The notes beneath the pieces are model-generated. The model searched no databases, was not told the DNA's origin, and was given only the letters and a program-made list of their open reading frames with translations. A stretch of DNA of 63,861 nt, the filler included, from Licmophora abbreviata (taxonomy: Eukaryota): the NCBI GenBank assembly GCA_900291995.1. It is 16 parts of 16 records of this genome, joined end to end, with 100 filler letters (N's around TTAATTAATTAA, not from the genome) between each part and the next. Parts side by side here need not be neighbours in the genome. Positions count along the whole stretch, not along the records: positions 45,302 to 48,037 come from OLMU01001595.1; positions 48,138 to 49,141 come from OLMU01001596.1; positions 49,242 to 54,260 come from OLMU01001597.1; positions 54,361 to 59,231 come from OLMU01001599.1; 12 more parts are not named here. One strand, 5' to 3'. The number at the start of each line of letters is the position of its first letter. Position 1 is the stretch's first letter. A program made the translations under genes and the position numbers. Below, piece after piece: positions 45,441-57,108 of this stretch.

Positions 45441-48400
45441 ATGACACCCCTAGAGCTGGAACGTCTGGTCACGGTGGCATCCGACGTATCGATACAGCGG
45501 CAACAAAAATGGGAGGCCACGTCGATGTTGAGCCAGTGGGCCGCCGAGGAGAACCCGCAAAGCGTGGCGACGACACTGCTGCAGACGATTCCGGCAACTC
45601 AAAATGAACAAGTCTTCTTTTATGCTTTGACGACGTTTCACCGCAGTGAGCTTCTGATCAAGACGACATTGGAACAGCGAGTTGAGCTGCGACAGCGCCT
45701 GCTGCGGAGTTGGTTGACGACGAATAATGATGACGGTACGAATGCGACTGTTGCCATTGTACTTTCCCCGACCTCCTCATCGACCTACCTCCGCACCAAG
45801 GCTGGAGTAGTATTGGCGAGTTTGATTCGTATCGATTTCCCGCATGCATGGCCTGCTGCTTTTACAGACCTGATGGAGCAAACATCTCCGGATCTCTACT
45901 TTCGAACCCTCACAGCGCTGTTTGACGATATGGATCAAAATGTAGATTTGGAGACAAGTCGGAGAATCAAGGATTTATTGAGAGGATTCCCTGTGACAAG
46001 TCTTAACAACGCTGCTGCTGTAGCAACGTTGCCAATAATATCTCCATCGCTTACCATATCAGCGCGACTTTTGTCCCAGCTACTGACTTATTCGGAACAA
46101 TCTCTTTCATCACAGCACGCTACTAGTATTTCGACTCTGGCACTCAACGTTCTAAAACGACTCATGGCTTGGATCGATATTGAGTTGGTACTGGAGGATC
46201 GCGTTATGACACTGATATTTCGCTGTGTGCAGTCGAGCGCGAGCGAGGTGGGAGTACCGGCCGTCGAATGTCTGCAAGAATTGGCTGGTCGTGGCATGGA
46301 GAAAGACAAAAAACTCGCTTTGTTGGTAGATACAGATCTGTTGAGCAAGATCTATGCGAACGTGAACCTAGAAGTGCTTGATGCGAGTCCTATTGAAGTT
46401 GTGATCGAAGTGGCGAAACTTGTTGCTGCTTCCGGCCTGGAGCTGTTGCCGTTTGTGCAAAGCTCACAGTCACTGCGAACAAACGAGCCACATTTGTCCA
46501 CATTGTGGTCTCAGTTGGTTGACCTCTTCTTTCGATGTTTTGCTTACGATGACATTGATGTCTCTGGAGCTGTGCTTCCGCTCGCAAGTGAGACGGCAAA
46601 GTCGGACCTTGTCGCCTACTTGCCGCGAACCCTTACAATCATGTACCGTCAAATGAGGTATCCTGCAGACTTTCAGTTTGACCACGAAGACGACGCCGAA
46701 GCAGAGGAGGAAATGTACCGAAGCGAGCTCCGTAAGCTTTACCAACGGTTGGTTCGTATCTCACCAGAGATGTGTCTTCAGTTTCTGTGCGAAGCCCTCG
46801 CCAACCTACCGGTGCCCATATCGAGGTCGCTTGCATCCGACTCGGAGGCGTCGCTGCGACTTGTCTTTCACTACTGCGAAGGTATTCGGCCACCCCCTGG
46901 AATGAAGACTGTGATGAAAAATGAAACCTTTCGTGCTGTCCTTGTGGCGCTTCATGGTAGCGACATCATCTCACACCCGCACCACGAAGTTCTTGTGTTA
47001 TATTACGACCTGGCGGTCCGCTACTACCCAATATTTCTTGATCATCCGGAACTTTTGCCCAAGGTTCTCGAGGGATTATCAGGACAACGTGGACTGCAGC
47101 ATACCCATTCTCATGTCCGGAGTAGGTCATCGTATTTGATATTGCGGCTTGTCAAGTCTGTCGTGAAAGTCATGCGACCTTACGTCGAAACGGCAGTGGC
47201 CGGCATTCAAGGTACGTGGTGCGTCGACATCGAACAAAGGAAGAGATGTCTTGGCAGCAGCGTCATCTTACGACCACTTCATCGTGCTTTGCCACAGAAT
47301 TGCTGCTAAGCCCAGACCAAGATTCGCTGCGACCAGATGACGCGTTGTACCTGTTTGAAACCGTTGGCCTTCTACTAGGAAAGACAGGTCTTGCCCCTCA
47401 GCAGCAACAACAGAGCCTTGCCAATGTTATAACTCCGCACGTTCGTTCGATGGAGGTGATGCTGCAGTCTCCGAATCGTGCACTCGTCCCTGACGTGGTG
47501 GGAGAGAGACTCGCCAGATCGATCGCAGCAGTGGCATACGTGAGCAAGGGATTCAGCAGACCCGAAGCGGGAGTTCAGGCGGTGCTCATGCAGACGGTGC
47601 CAACTACGCTCTCGGTGCTTGAAGCGCTGAGCGGAAACGATCAAGTTCGGGGAAAGAGCATGATACTCCTCCAGCGTATGATCCTATGCGTCGGGACGGA
47701 GATCTTGCCATTGGCGCCACGATTCCTTCGTGCTCTTATTGAACACTGTGTTGTACAAGATGTCCAGGATGTGGTTCAGTTTCTTATTCAGCTGTGTGTC
47801 AAATTCAAGGGGCAGGCTGTCCCTGCCATTGATACATCGCTCCTCCCGTTCCTTCGAAAGTGCCATAGCCTAGTACCGACGCTTGATGAGGGCAATGTCA
47901 ACGGTAGTGACACTCCGCCTCATTTCCGAACAGAGCAGCTGTCGATACAAAAACTTTCCTTTGCGGTACTGCAACACATTGTTAGCCATCGCGCTACTGC
48001 TGTGCTAGTCTCCCCTTCAAACGCTAGCAGCTTCGAGNNNNNNNNNNNNNNNNNNNNNNNNNNNNNNNNNNNNNNNNNNNNTTAATTAATTAANNNNNNN
48101 NNNNNNNNNNNNNNNNNNNNNNNNNNNNNNNNNNNNNAAAACTTTCCTTTGCGGTACTGCAACACATTGTTAGCTATCGCGCTACTGCTGTGCTAGTCTC
48201 CCCTTCAAACGCTAGCAGCTTCGAGAGTGTACTCCATACCATGAAGGATGGAGCAACTCTTGCCGAAGATCCAATTGTCAAGAAGGCATGCCTCACGTTC
48301 TTTCGAGAGTTAAGTGACCAGTGGTTGGTTGAAGATCCCAGGCATGTCGCGACTTCCGTTCGCGACGGCTTCGTTCACTATCTACTACAAGCCTTTGTCC

Positions 48401-48657
48401 CGGAAATGATGAAATGCATACTCCATCCGTCGTTCGACCATCGAGACGCATTACAGGCACGAAACTTAGCCGAGTTTTCGCAGGTTTTGTTTATTCTTAA
48501 ATCCAAGAGCTCCCCAGATGAGTATAATATGTTCCTTCGAACGCTCGTCAGCCATCGTTGTCCCTCGACCGTCCTGGAAGGCTTCCGGACCGCTGCCACC
48601 GTGACCGAAACGGAGTTCTGGTTGAAGGAGATGATCAAGATGCTGAAACGCACGTAA
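45441..48657 (+). CDS. XPOT: Exportin-T (tRNA exportin, importin-beta family)
   Basis: YLRTKA..DFPHAWP..F, AWIDIELV, MRYP..EEEMYRSEL, GLQH....VRSRSSYL and LYLFETVGLLLG. Intron 47212-47297; overlapping ends at the 48038 gap. Confidence 0.85.
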
Positions 48658-48787
48658 CTACACAGTAACACTCTCACATCTAGTACTGATAAATTCGAAT
48701 CACATGTTGTAGCCCACATGCGGTAGTAAACCGTTATATGTATATCCCTTTCTCCCCGAGCTGGAGCGCCGACGAACGGCGCTCGAG

Positions 48788-50141
48788 CTAGATCGGCCTC
48801 GGATTCCGACCACATTCTCGTTCATCTGGACAAACAGGAGGCAAGGTGACAAGTGCTGTAGGAACGGCTGACGCTGTAGGAGTCGCAGTTGCGGGACCTG
48901 GCTCTCGCTGTGGAGGACGAGCCGGAGCACTGGGCTCAGATGGAGTAGGCTCGGTTGGAGTAGGCTCGGTTGGAGTGGGCTTGGAAGGACGACGCGTAGG
49001 TGGACGGGGCTTCGTCGGCTGAGGATTTGTACCTTTGCCGCCGCTTTTGCTTTCTTTCTTGCCCCCTTTACCTTTGCTACTTTTTGATGATGATGAGTCC
49101 TTGCTGCTTTTGCTCTTCCCCTTACCACCCTTCCCCTTCCCNNNNNNNNNNNNNNNNNNNNNNNNNNNNNNNNNNNNNNNNNNNNTTAATTAATTAANNN
49201 NNNNNNNNNNNNNNNNNNNNNNNNNNNNNNNNNNNNNNNNNTGGACTGGGTTTGGATGGACGGTACGTAGGCGGACTGGGTTTGGATGGACGGTACGTAG
49301 GTGGACTGGGCTTAGATGGTCGTCGCGTAGGTGGACTGGGCTTGACGGGATGGGGCGTCGGCGGCCTTGGCTCAGATGGTCGTCGCGTAGGTGGACTGGG
49401 CTTGACGGGACGGGGCGTCGGCGGCCTTGGCTCAGAAGGTCGTCGTGTAGGTGGAGTGGGCTCGATTGGACGGGGTGTAGGCGGCCTTGGCTCAGAGGGT
49501 CGTCGTGTAGGTGGCGTGGGCTCGATTGGACGGGGCGTAGGTGGAGTGGGCTTGACTGGACGGGGTGTCGGTGGACTAGGCTTGACTGGACGGGGCGTTG
49601 GCGGACTTGGCTTGACTGGACGGGGTGTAGGCAGAATGGGCTTGACTGGACGGGGCGAAGGGGGGCTTGGCTTGATTGGATGAGGCGTAGGTGGATTTGA
49701 ATATTTACTCCCTTTGCCCCCCTTTGACGAGTACGAGACTTTGCTGCTTTTGCTCGTTCCCTTGCCCCCCTTCCCCTTTCCTGGACTACTATCGTAAAAA
49801 TCTGCTGACGCCATGCTAGGCGACGTTCCAAACTCGGGCGGTCTGCAATGAAAACGAAAATTATGAGTGGTGTATTCGACATCAATCACGCACACAGAAG
49901 ACTTGTTGTTTACGTACTGAGGTGGAGGGGTTCGTCGATGTTGAGCGCCGGTTCCGAGGATCCTCGGTTCTTGATCATGATTTATCTGCTCCCAAAAAAC
50001 TTCTTGCACTCGACCATCTGCATGTTGGCCATCCACAATTGTCAACAGCAAGGTCAATGCGACCAGAAAGAGTGGCTTCGATGGCATGCGATCGATCATT
50101 CTTCTACTGGGTCTCGGCCGACGGCAAATCATCATGGTCAT
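48788..50141 (-). CDS. Secreted Pro/Lys/Ser-rich repeat protein (silaffin/extensin-like); spans a gap
   Basis: Signal peptide, RIL motif, two GKGKGGKG..SKSSK blocks and (PTPRPVKPSP)n repeats. Stop TAG at 48788-48790. Confidence 0.8.
49242..49695 (-). repeat. Coding tandem repeat with 30-nt unit (PT-x-RP-x-(K/E)-P-x-P)
   Basis: About 15 degenerate decapeptide units running into the assembly gap. Confidence 0.92.
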
Positions 50142-50532
50142 GGGTAAAATGTTGTGGCGCAGTCATTTCGCACCTCTCTGCCCCACACGATTGCGAGATT
50201 ACGCTTTGGGAAAATTTGAGCCTTAAATAGATTGCAATAATAATATCGAAACATGAATGTAGGATATATCAGAATATTTGAAAATATATATGTATTTATA
50301 CCATAATATCTCGAACAGGCCCAAAGAGGGAGCAAAGGCCAGACTGTTCAGTCGAATAAATCAAACATCACACACCACTTGAAGATTCAGTCGAGATTCG
50401 AGCTCCAGTTGTGTGAGTCACACACGCATTCCAAATTGATGCCGCTGAGATCGGTAAACCACACAAACATACAGTCGCACGGTTGTGTTGTCGTCATTGT
50501 CGTAGCCTGCATTTTGACCCCTTTCGCCTACG

Positions 50533-52119
50533 ATGACGCTGGAAGAGACCAAGGAGGAGGAGGCTATGCCTGAGGTGCTGAAAGATGCAGAAGATGAACC
50601 AAATGGCGAAGAGGCCAACGGAGATTCCGACAAACTGGAAGACGGCGGTGAACTTGAAGACATCGAAATTGACAAGGACGGCGAAGTGGAAGGGGAAGAG
50701 GAAGCCGAAAAGGACATTGCACGAGTTTCAGCCGACGCTCCGTGGGGAGAGCGAATGAAGGAGGTATTCATGACGTTTTGGCCGCTGGGATTGGTCGCGT
50801 TTGGTGGCCCTCAGGCGCACGTGGCGATTCTCCGGGACCACTTGGTGGTTCAACGTGGATGGATGGACGAAGAGTCCTTCATGGAACTTTTTGCCATTGG
50901 ACAGGGTATCCCCGGTCCGACTAGTACACAGCTTGTTATTAGTACTGCGCTTAGTCGAGCGGGGCCGCTGGGAGGCCTCTTGGCCTTCTTTTTGTGGAAC
51001 TTGCCAGGTCTGGTGATTCTCACAATTTGTGGTGTGTTAATTGATACCTATTTGGATCCCAATGATCCACCGTGGTACCTTGTTGGACTGCCTCCTGCCG
51101 CAGTAAGTCTTGTGTTCAAGGCGTTCTACGCGTTCGGCATGAAGCTCGACTATCTTGGAATTTGCTTGGCTCTCATGAGCTGCGTCGTTGCGCTAATCAT
51201 CAACGGAGACGAGAATATCAAGCCAGATTCGAGTCAGTTCATGTTCCCCTGTGTGCTTGCAATCGGTGGTATCGTGACATTTATTGACTCGAAACTGACA
51301 AAGCCATTCGGTACATACAAGTCACCCTCAAAGGGATGGGACGCCGACAGCGATGCCACCATGAAGCGTATCGGAATTCCATTGTGGGCGGGTGCGATGT
51401 TCTTTTTCTTATGGGCCTTTGTTCTCGCGTTGGTAATTATCCTGGTAGACGTTGGTAACGTCGACAATGTCTACCTTGAAATCTTTGAAACCATGTACCG
51501 AATCGGAAGTATCATCTTCGGAGGCGGACAGGTGGTGCTTCCAATGCTTCAAGATGAAGTAGTTCCCTCCTGGATGACCAAGGATCAGTTCCTCCAGGGA
51601 TTGGGTCTCGCGCAGAGTATGCCAGGTCCATTGTGTAAGTATCCTCGCAGTACCGAAACTGGTTACGTGTTGTGGAGTGATTTTCGCGCTAATCCCGGAT
51701 TCTCCTCTCGCTGCGCAGTCAACTTCTCGGCCTACTTGGGAGCAATCTATCAGCGAGTACCCGGAGCTCTTATCGGATACTGTGGTCTTTTTGGTCCTGG
51801 AGTTATTCTCATTTTTGCCATTGTTCCTTTCTGGGCTCGTCTTCGGCATCTCCAGTGGTTCAAGGTTGTCCTGAAGGGTGTCAACTCCGCCGCCATTGGA
51901 CTCGTCGGAGCAGCTTGCGTGATTTTGTGGGAAGCTGCGGTGACAAATGCCGCCGACGCTGTTGTATTTTCCATTGCCCTTACCTTGGCAGTCGTTTTCA
52001 ACGTGCAGGCCCCCTTTTGTATCTTGGCGGGCGGTATTGTCGGGGCCATTTTGTCAAGGGACGCTCTCAGTCTCGGGCAGTTCGATTACTGTCTACAGGC
52101 TGGATACACACTGGTTTAG
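50533..52119 (+). CDS. chrA: Chromate ion transporter (CHR/ChrA family, two-domain)
   Basis: GLVAFGGPQAH, IPGPTSTQ, GSIIFGGGQVV and AQSMPGPLFNFSAYLG after removing the 84-nt intron 51635-51718. Confidence 0.92.
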   Translation: MTLEETKEEEAMPEVLKDAEDEPNGEEANGDSDKLEDGGELEDIEIDKDGEVEGEEEAEKDIARVSADAPWGERMKEVFMTFWPLGLVAFGGPQAHVAILRDHLVVQRGWMDEESFMELFAIGQGIPGPTSTQLVISTALSRAGPLGGLLAFFLWNLPGLVILTICGVLIDTYLDPNDPPWYLVGLPPAAVSLVFKAFYAFGMKLDYLGICLALMSCVVALIINGDENIKPDSSQFMFPCVLAIGGIVTFIDSKLTKPFGTYKSPSKGWDADSDATMKRIGIPLWAGAMFFFLWAFVLALVIILVDVGNVDNVYLEIFETMYRIGSIIFGGGQVVLPMLQDEVVPSWMTKDQFLQGLGLAQSMPGPLCKYPRSTETGYVLWSDFRANPGFSSRCAVNFSAYLGAIYQRVPGALIGYCGLFGPGVILIFAIVPFWARLRHLQWFKVVLKGVNSAAIGLVGAACVILWEAAVTNAADAVVFSIALTLAVVFNVQAPFCILAGGIVGAILSRDALSLGQFDYCLQAGYTLV

Positions 52120-52219
52120 AGTGTGATCGATACAAAGGCGGTCGCCTGCGCAACAGATTAGGGAGTGCAGTCCGTAGAGCCTTGGTAGCGATTACATAGG
52201 TAGTGACAACTTTAGTTCA

Positions 52220-53398
52220 TTACGCGAGTATCTGCTTTACAAATTCGTTCGGGTTGTCTAGATACAAATGGTGTCCTGCATCTGGAACGACCGATACGGA
52301 CGCCTTGATATTCTTGTTCTGTGCATTCAGGTGAGAAACAACGTTTCGGGCGCTAGGCTCGTTGGGTCGCATCCAATCATGATCTCCAAACAACACAGAC
52401 ACGTCGGACGATACTTTACTCCCTCCATGCGCTTGATGCTGGACAAACAAATCCTCCAGAGGCTCACGTGAAAAGACACCCATCACATCCGGAGACATCC
52501 CGGGCTCCAATAAGGAATTCATGGCGAATTCTCCTGACGGGTGAGCCACAGTAATATGAAAAAGGTAGTCTGCCAGAAGCTTGACGGCAGAAGGATCGTT
52601 ATTCAAGTGAGGAATGCGTCCTTGGAGCCCTCGAGCGACATTCGCGCGTCCTCGCGTTGCTCCCATGGCACGCACAAGTTGCTGTGGCGTCACATTGGCA
52701 CTCCACAGCGCATCGACCAAACGCAAGGACGTGGGAAATTGAGACGGCGACAATGCATTTTCAGGTTTGGGCGGAAATCCGACCGGCGACGCCAGTACCA
52801 GCTTGTCCATCGTGGGCGGACGTCGTCGTTGCTCCCCGTCTTGATGCTGCGCCTGCCACTCGTACTTTAAGGCATACCGAGAGGCCAGATATCCGCCCAA
52901 CGAGTGTCCCACGAGCCAATACGGCTCGTCTCTCGACAAGACATGCTCTTGCATCCACGCGTGAAATGGATCGACGAAAAAGTCCACCGCTTGCGTGGGC
53001 GAAAACCGCGATTGGCACCAGCTGCTACTGGGGTGATTGTCCCCGAAAAAGACGCTTCGAATCGGACGTCGACAGGGCGGTCGTTCCGAGCCTCCCATCC
53101 CCAACCAGTCCACAAGCAAGACTCGCCCCACTTGGCCGCTCTGAAGGAGAGGATCCACGTTGCGAAAGAAAAAGCCCAGGCCGCTGCCAAAGCCGTGCGC
53201 TAGCACCACGGTAGGGAGAGTTGATGCAGGATTCGGATTGTCAAGCACAAACTCGACGCTGTTGAGTCCTGATGTGGTGCTCCGGCCGGAGTTGACCATT
53301 GTGGCTCTCACCAACTTGGACAGGAGTTCATTCTGGGAGTGAAGAAGGGCTGCGTCACTCGTCTGAGTCCACCACTGTCGTGCAAAGCGAGTTGCCAT
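52220..53398 (-). CDS. ABHD4/ABHD5 (CGI-58)-like alpha/beta hydrolase
   Basis: HGFGSG, DWLGMGGS, GHSLGG nucleophile elbow, FGDHDWM and AGHHLYLDNP (HX4D). Confidence 0.9.
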   Translation of the reverse strand: MATRFARQWWTQTSDAALLHSQNELLSKLVRATMVNSGRSTTSGLNSVEFVLDNPNPASTLPTVVLAHGFGSGLGFFFRNVDPLLQSGQVGRVLLVDWLGMGGSERPPCRRPIRSVFFGDNHPSSSWCQSRFSPTQAVDFFVDPFHAWMQEHVLSRDEPYWLVGHSLGGYLASRYALKYEWQAQHQDGEQRRRPPTMDKLVLASPVGFPPKPENALSPSQFPTSLRLVDALWSANVTPQQLVRAMGATRGRANVARGLQGRIPHLNNDPSAVKLLADYLFHITVAHPSGEFAMNSLLEPGMSPDVMGVFSREPLEDLFVQHQAHGGSKVSSDVSVLFGDHDWMRPNEPSARNVVSHLNAQNKNIKASVSVVPDAGHHLYLDNPNEFVKQILA

Positions 53399-53645
53399 GG
53401 TGTGTGCTGGTCGCCGCGCGATGTGTGTTGTGATGGTCGAAAGTGCCGATCAGCGTGTGTCGCGGAGTTCGGAGCCGCCGAACATAACGCGCGCGCCGAC
53501 GTACAAGAAGGATATCTCACAAATTGAAATGCAACAGAAATGATGTAAACACCGGCGCATGTTCTGAATGTAACGACGACGAAAGATGAAAGTCTTAGAT
53601 TTTGGAGGAGGGAGCGTGGAGCCTCTAGAGTAGCTTAAGAAGCTA

Positions 53646-54260
53646 CTAGTCAGCGTCATCCCAGTGCAACCCTGTGACCGCCTTGACTTCGCAGAAGTCT
53701 TCCATTCCCCAGACACCGCCTTCACGAGCATTTCCACTCGCCTTCATACCACCAAACGGTGAGCCATACGCTCCGTCCATTCCATTCATCTCGATCATTC
53801 CGGAACGTAGCCTACGTGCCAGACGATTACGACGAGGTCCGTCGAGATTGCAGACGTAGTTCGTAAGCCCATAGGGCGTGTCGTTTGCAATGGCCAGCGC
53901 CTCGTCCTCTGTGTCAAACGGAGCTATACAGAGAACGGGACCAAATATCTCTTCCTGCATGATCGTCATGTCACTTTTACAGTCCGCAAAGACAGTAGGG
54001 CGCACGAAGAAGCCATGTTCGTCCGTTCCCTCGGGACGACCAAGTCTACCCGCCACCAAACGCGCTCCTTCCTCGACACCGGTCGCAATGTACTTTTGGA
54101 TCTTGTTGTACTGTTCTAGGCTAACGACAGGCCCAAGATGATCGCCCTCCTCGTGCGCCGCTTTGACTTCCATGTTTTGCGCCACCTGTTTCGCCGTTTC
54201 GATGGCAATCTCATACACAGCTCGTTCCACGAGCATGCGCGTCGGTGCATTGCACGACTG
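53646..54260 (-). CDS. Aldehyde dehydrogenase, C-terminal fragment (N-terminus lost in a gap)
   Basis: Catalytic QSCNAPTR, EEIFGPV, ANDTPYGL and PFGGMKASGNAREGG. Confidence 0.92.
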   Translation of the reverse strand, partial: QSCNAPTRMLVERAVYEIAIETAKQVAQNMEVKAAHEEGDHLGPVVSLEQYNKIQKYIATGVEEGARLVAGRLGRPEGTDEHGFFVRPTVFADCKSDMTIMQEEIFGPVLCIAPFDTEDEALAIANDTPYGLTNYVCNLDGPRRNRLARRLRSGMIEMNGMDGAYGSPFGGMKASGNAREGGVWGMEDFCEVKAVTGLHWDDAD

Positions 54261-54531
54261 NNNNNNNNNNNNNNNNNNNNNNNNNNNNNNNNNNNNNNNN
54301 NNNNTTAATTAATTAANNNNNNNNNNNNNNNNNNNNNNNNNNNNNNNNNNNNNNNNNNNNAGTACATCAAGGTTGCTCCGATATAAGTATCTGTCGATAT
54401 AGAGTTTGTGCATGTGCTCGGATGATGACGATGGCAATGTACATGGTGGCGAGCAATGCATCTTGGCTTTGTGCATGTTGTGTGCTCGGCTGGATGATGC
54501 CGAGCGATGATGAAGAGCGTTTCGTTCCACA

Positions 54532-55993
54532 TTAGGGCTTCGTCGAATCAATCGTCCCGCCTGCAATCAGCTGAATACCGGCTTGAGTAGCACAAGCAAT
54601 TGTGGCAAGGACCGACAAAATCAACAGCAACCATGAAAAGACGAGCCAACCAGGGCTCTCCCGAGTTCTGGGTTGTCGCTGCTGAATGCGAATGTAACAT
54701 GCGGCCGGCAGAATGAAGGATATCAAAAAGGCCAAGGTAGAGCCGCAGACACTCCAGACCGTAGCCACACCGGTAGCCGCAAAGGCGCCAGCATAACACA
54801 GCGCAACGATTGCAAATGTGCTTCCATAATGAACGAGGGCGCTCGTGTAAATGTCGATAGGCGGAAGCGATTCTTCAATGCAGGGCAAAAGTTGTGATGT
54901 CTCATTGACAATGTACAAGTCGTTCGATCGATCGTTCGTAGATCGAGTCAGAAGCGTGGAACAGGTCTGGTCATCTTCTTCTACCTCTTCGTGGCAGATG
55001 TCCTTGGTCAGTCGGTCACAGGCATCGGGCTGCATGAGCAGGGAATCAATCACTTCCAAGACGCTCTGGCGGCAAGGAAGCAGAATCATGGCGGTAGCAA
55101 GTAAAATCGTTGTGCCACACCCAATGCGACCCAGTAGGACAAGTCCGTCGCTACCACTCTGGTCATCCAGATTGAGCAGAATATTGCCTCGCGTCGACGC
55201 ACCTGCGTAGAGGTATCCGGAGAGACCAAAGATGTACGTAAGGGCAAAGCACGCCAGGATGGAACGGTTCAGAACCAGCCGTAGTCGACGCTTCGACGGC
55301 TGAATAAGGGCAGACTGAATGGGAAGAATGTTGAAGCTGGACAAGAAACTCAACGTGATGATGGGAAAGGCAAAGAGAGCGTCGCCGTATGTAGACATGC
55401 CCAGCTGCATCTCAATGGGTTCGTCGGCCGAGAGCAGCTTTTGGCTAGCGTGGTGGCAAAGTGCAATGCACAGTATCGAAATCGAAATAAAGCCAGCGTA
55501 GCAGTTGTATCGAAGCGAATAGAGTGATCTCTGCACCAAGCATGGGCTCATGAGCCCGAGGGCACATAGTAAAACGACATTGGGCTGCACCTTAGGGAAC
55601 CAAATATGTACAATGGGAGTCCAAATGTCACGGACGAGTACCATGTAGGCCACCAGGACAAAGAGCAGAAAGACAAAGAGAAGTGCTGATATCGTCCACT
55701 CCATCCACGCTCCAAAGGCCACCTTCCCGACTTCTCCATACGTACTGACGCCCGCTTGTCTTGCACACAGACACAAGAGATACAATGCTCGATCAGTTGC
55801 CAAGGCCGCCACCATCATCAGGAAGGTCGCCAGCATGATCCCACACTTTTCGAACGCAAGAGGAAGACTCAACACTCCCCCACCGACGATCGTTGCTACG
55901 AGATTGAAGGTTGCCACGACGACAGTCGATTTTCGCTCACGCGAGCTGAAGGGCGGAACATGTACATCCTCGATTTCGATTGGAGGAGGCATG
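54532..55993 (-). CDS. Amino acid transporter (AAAP / SLC38-like)
   Basis: FNLVATIVGGGVLSLP, TYGEVGKVAFG, GNILLN and FILPAACY, with about 11 TM segments. Start uncertain (55993 or 56094). Confidence 0.9.
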
Positions 55994-57108
55994 ATTCCGA
56001 ATCTTCCAAAGTAGATGTTCTCAGCCGTCGCTCTCTCAAACTGAGTAAGACCAATACTTCGAGACCAAGTGAGGAGCGAAAACGGAGACTCCATGTCTCA
56101 AGGGTCCCCCAGTTCTGTTGTCGTGGATCAACAATGATGCTGGTTGGTTTGGTCGTCACGAAGTTTACTGGCTTGCTATGGACAACTTTGTGGGTGATGG
56201 CGATGTTTGTTGGATTGGTTGGATGTGTTTCACTTTGAGGACGATTGTTGAAAATGTCATCATGGGTGGCTGAATAGGCAGATGTCCAACGTTCCATAAT
56301 TATGTACTATGTTGATAAGTGTCATGCTTAAAGAGAAGTGCAGTTGACAAACACTATTAATCAAACAGTGCTATTCCTGTCGACAGTCCTGATCCACGTT
56401 TCTGACTACTTCGACTCTCTCTTCACGAGAAAATTCAAGAGCGCGAAAAGGAGAGCACGCGCCCCTTTTTTGAAGCAGACTTCGTTCCACGGGTCTTGCG
56501 TCTTGGTTGATGTCAATTTCACCAAGAGTATTCTCATCGTTGCAGAAACCGATGCTAGCTCCCGTCGAGAAGGAGCAAGAGATCGTTGAGAGTGTCGCAG
56601 GAAACAGAAACACGGGAAGACGCAAAGTACGAATAACGTGGCACGGCGAATGTGAATGTTGCAAGTCAATTCGAGCCCTGGGACGGCGTGTCCACACAGC
56701 TGTCCGTTGACTACGATAACGACAACGATGAAAAATCTGAGAACAACATGCTTCGTTTCAGGTACGCTTGTAACTGGAGGGGGGGGTTAATCGGCTGCAC
56801 GTAGACATCTGTGTACGAGTGCTGCGGTACCGATGGCCCTGATGTGGATGGGAGCTACCACATCATCAGAAGTTACAAAAGAATAGCGAGCAATTGACTG
56901 AAACGAGAGCACTTTTCATTCACTGGTTCCCTTTTTCTTAACTCTCAATTGAAATCTCTCTAATCACTGTAACCTCACTCACCCTGACTCACCACATCAA
57001 GTTCCACCGCATGTTCCATCCTTCACACTAACTCTCCCGCAATGCACCGTCCCTCGCACGTCCATAAACACGTCCACACACACACATTATCGCACCTCTT
57101 ACACAAGT

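Noticed and set aside
49252..49700. Gly-rich (VGGLGLTGRG)n and Trp/Arg-rich ORFs on the + strand
   Set aside because: Reverse-complement readings of the Pro-rich repeat. The minus frame carries the signal peptide and KxxK motifs.
56338..56770. Short coding-like ORFs between the transporter and the SMT gene
   Set aside because: No recognisable motif, and no consistent exon chain could be built.
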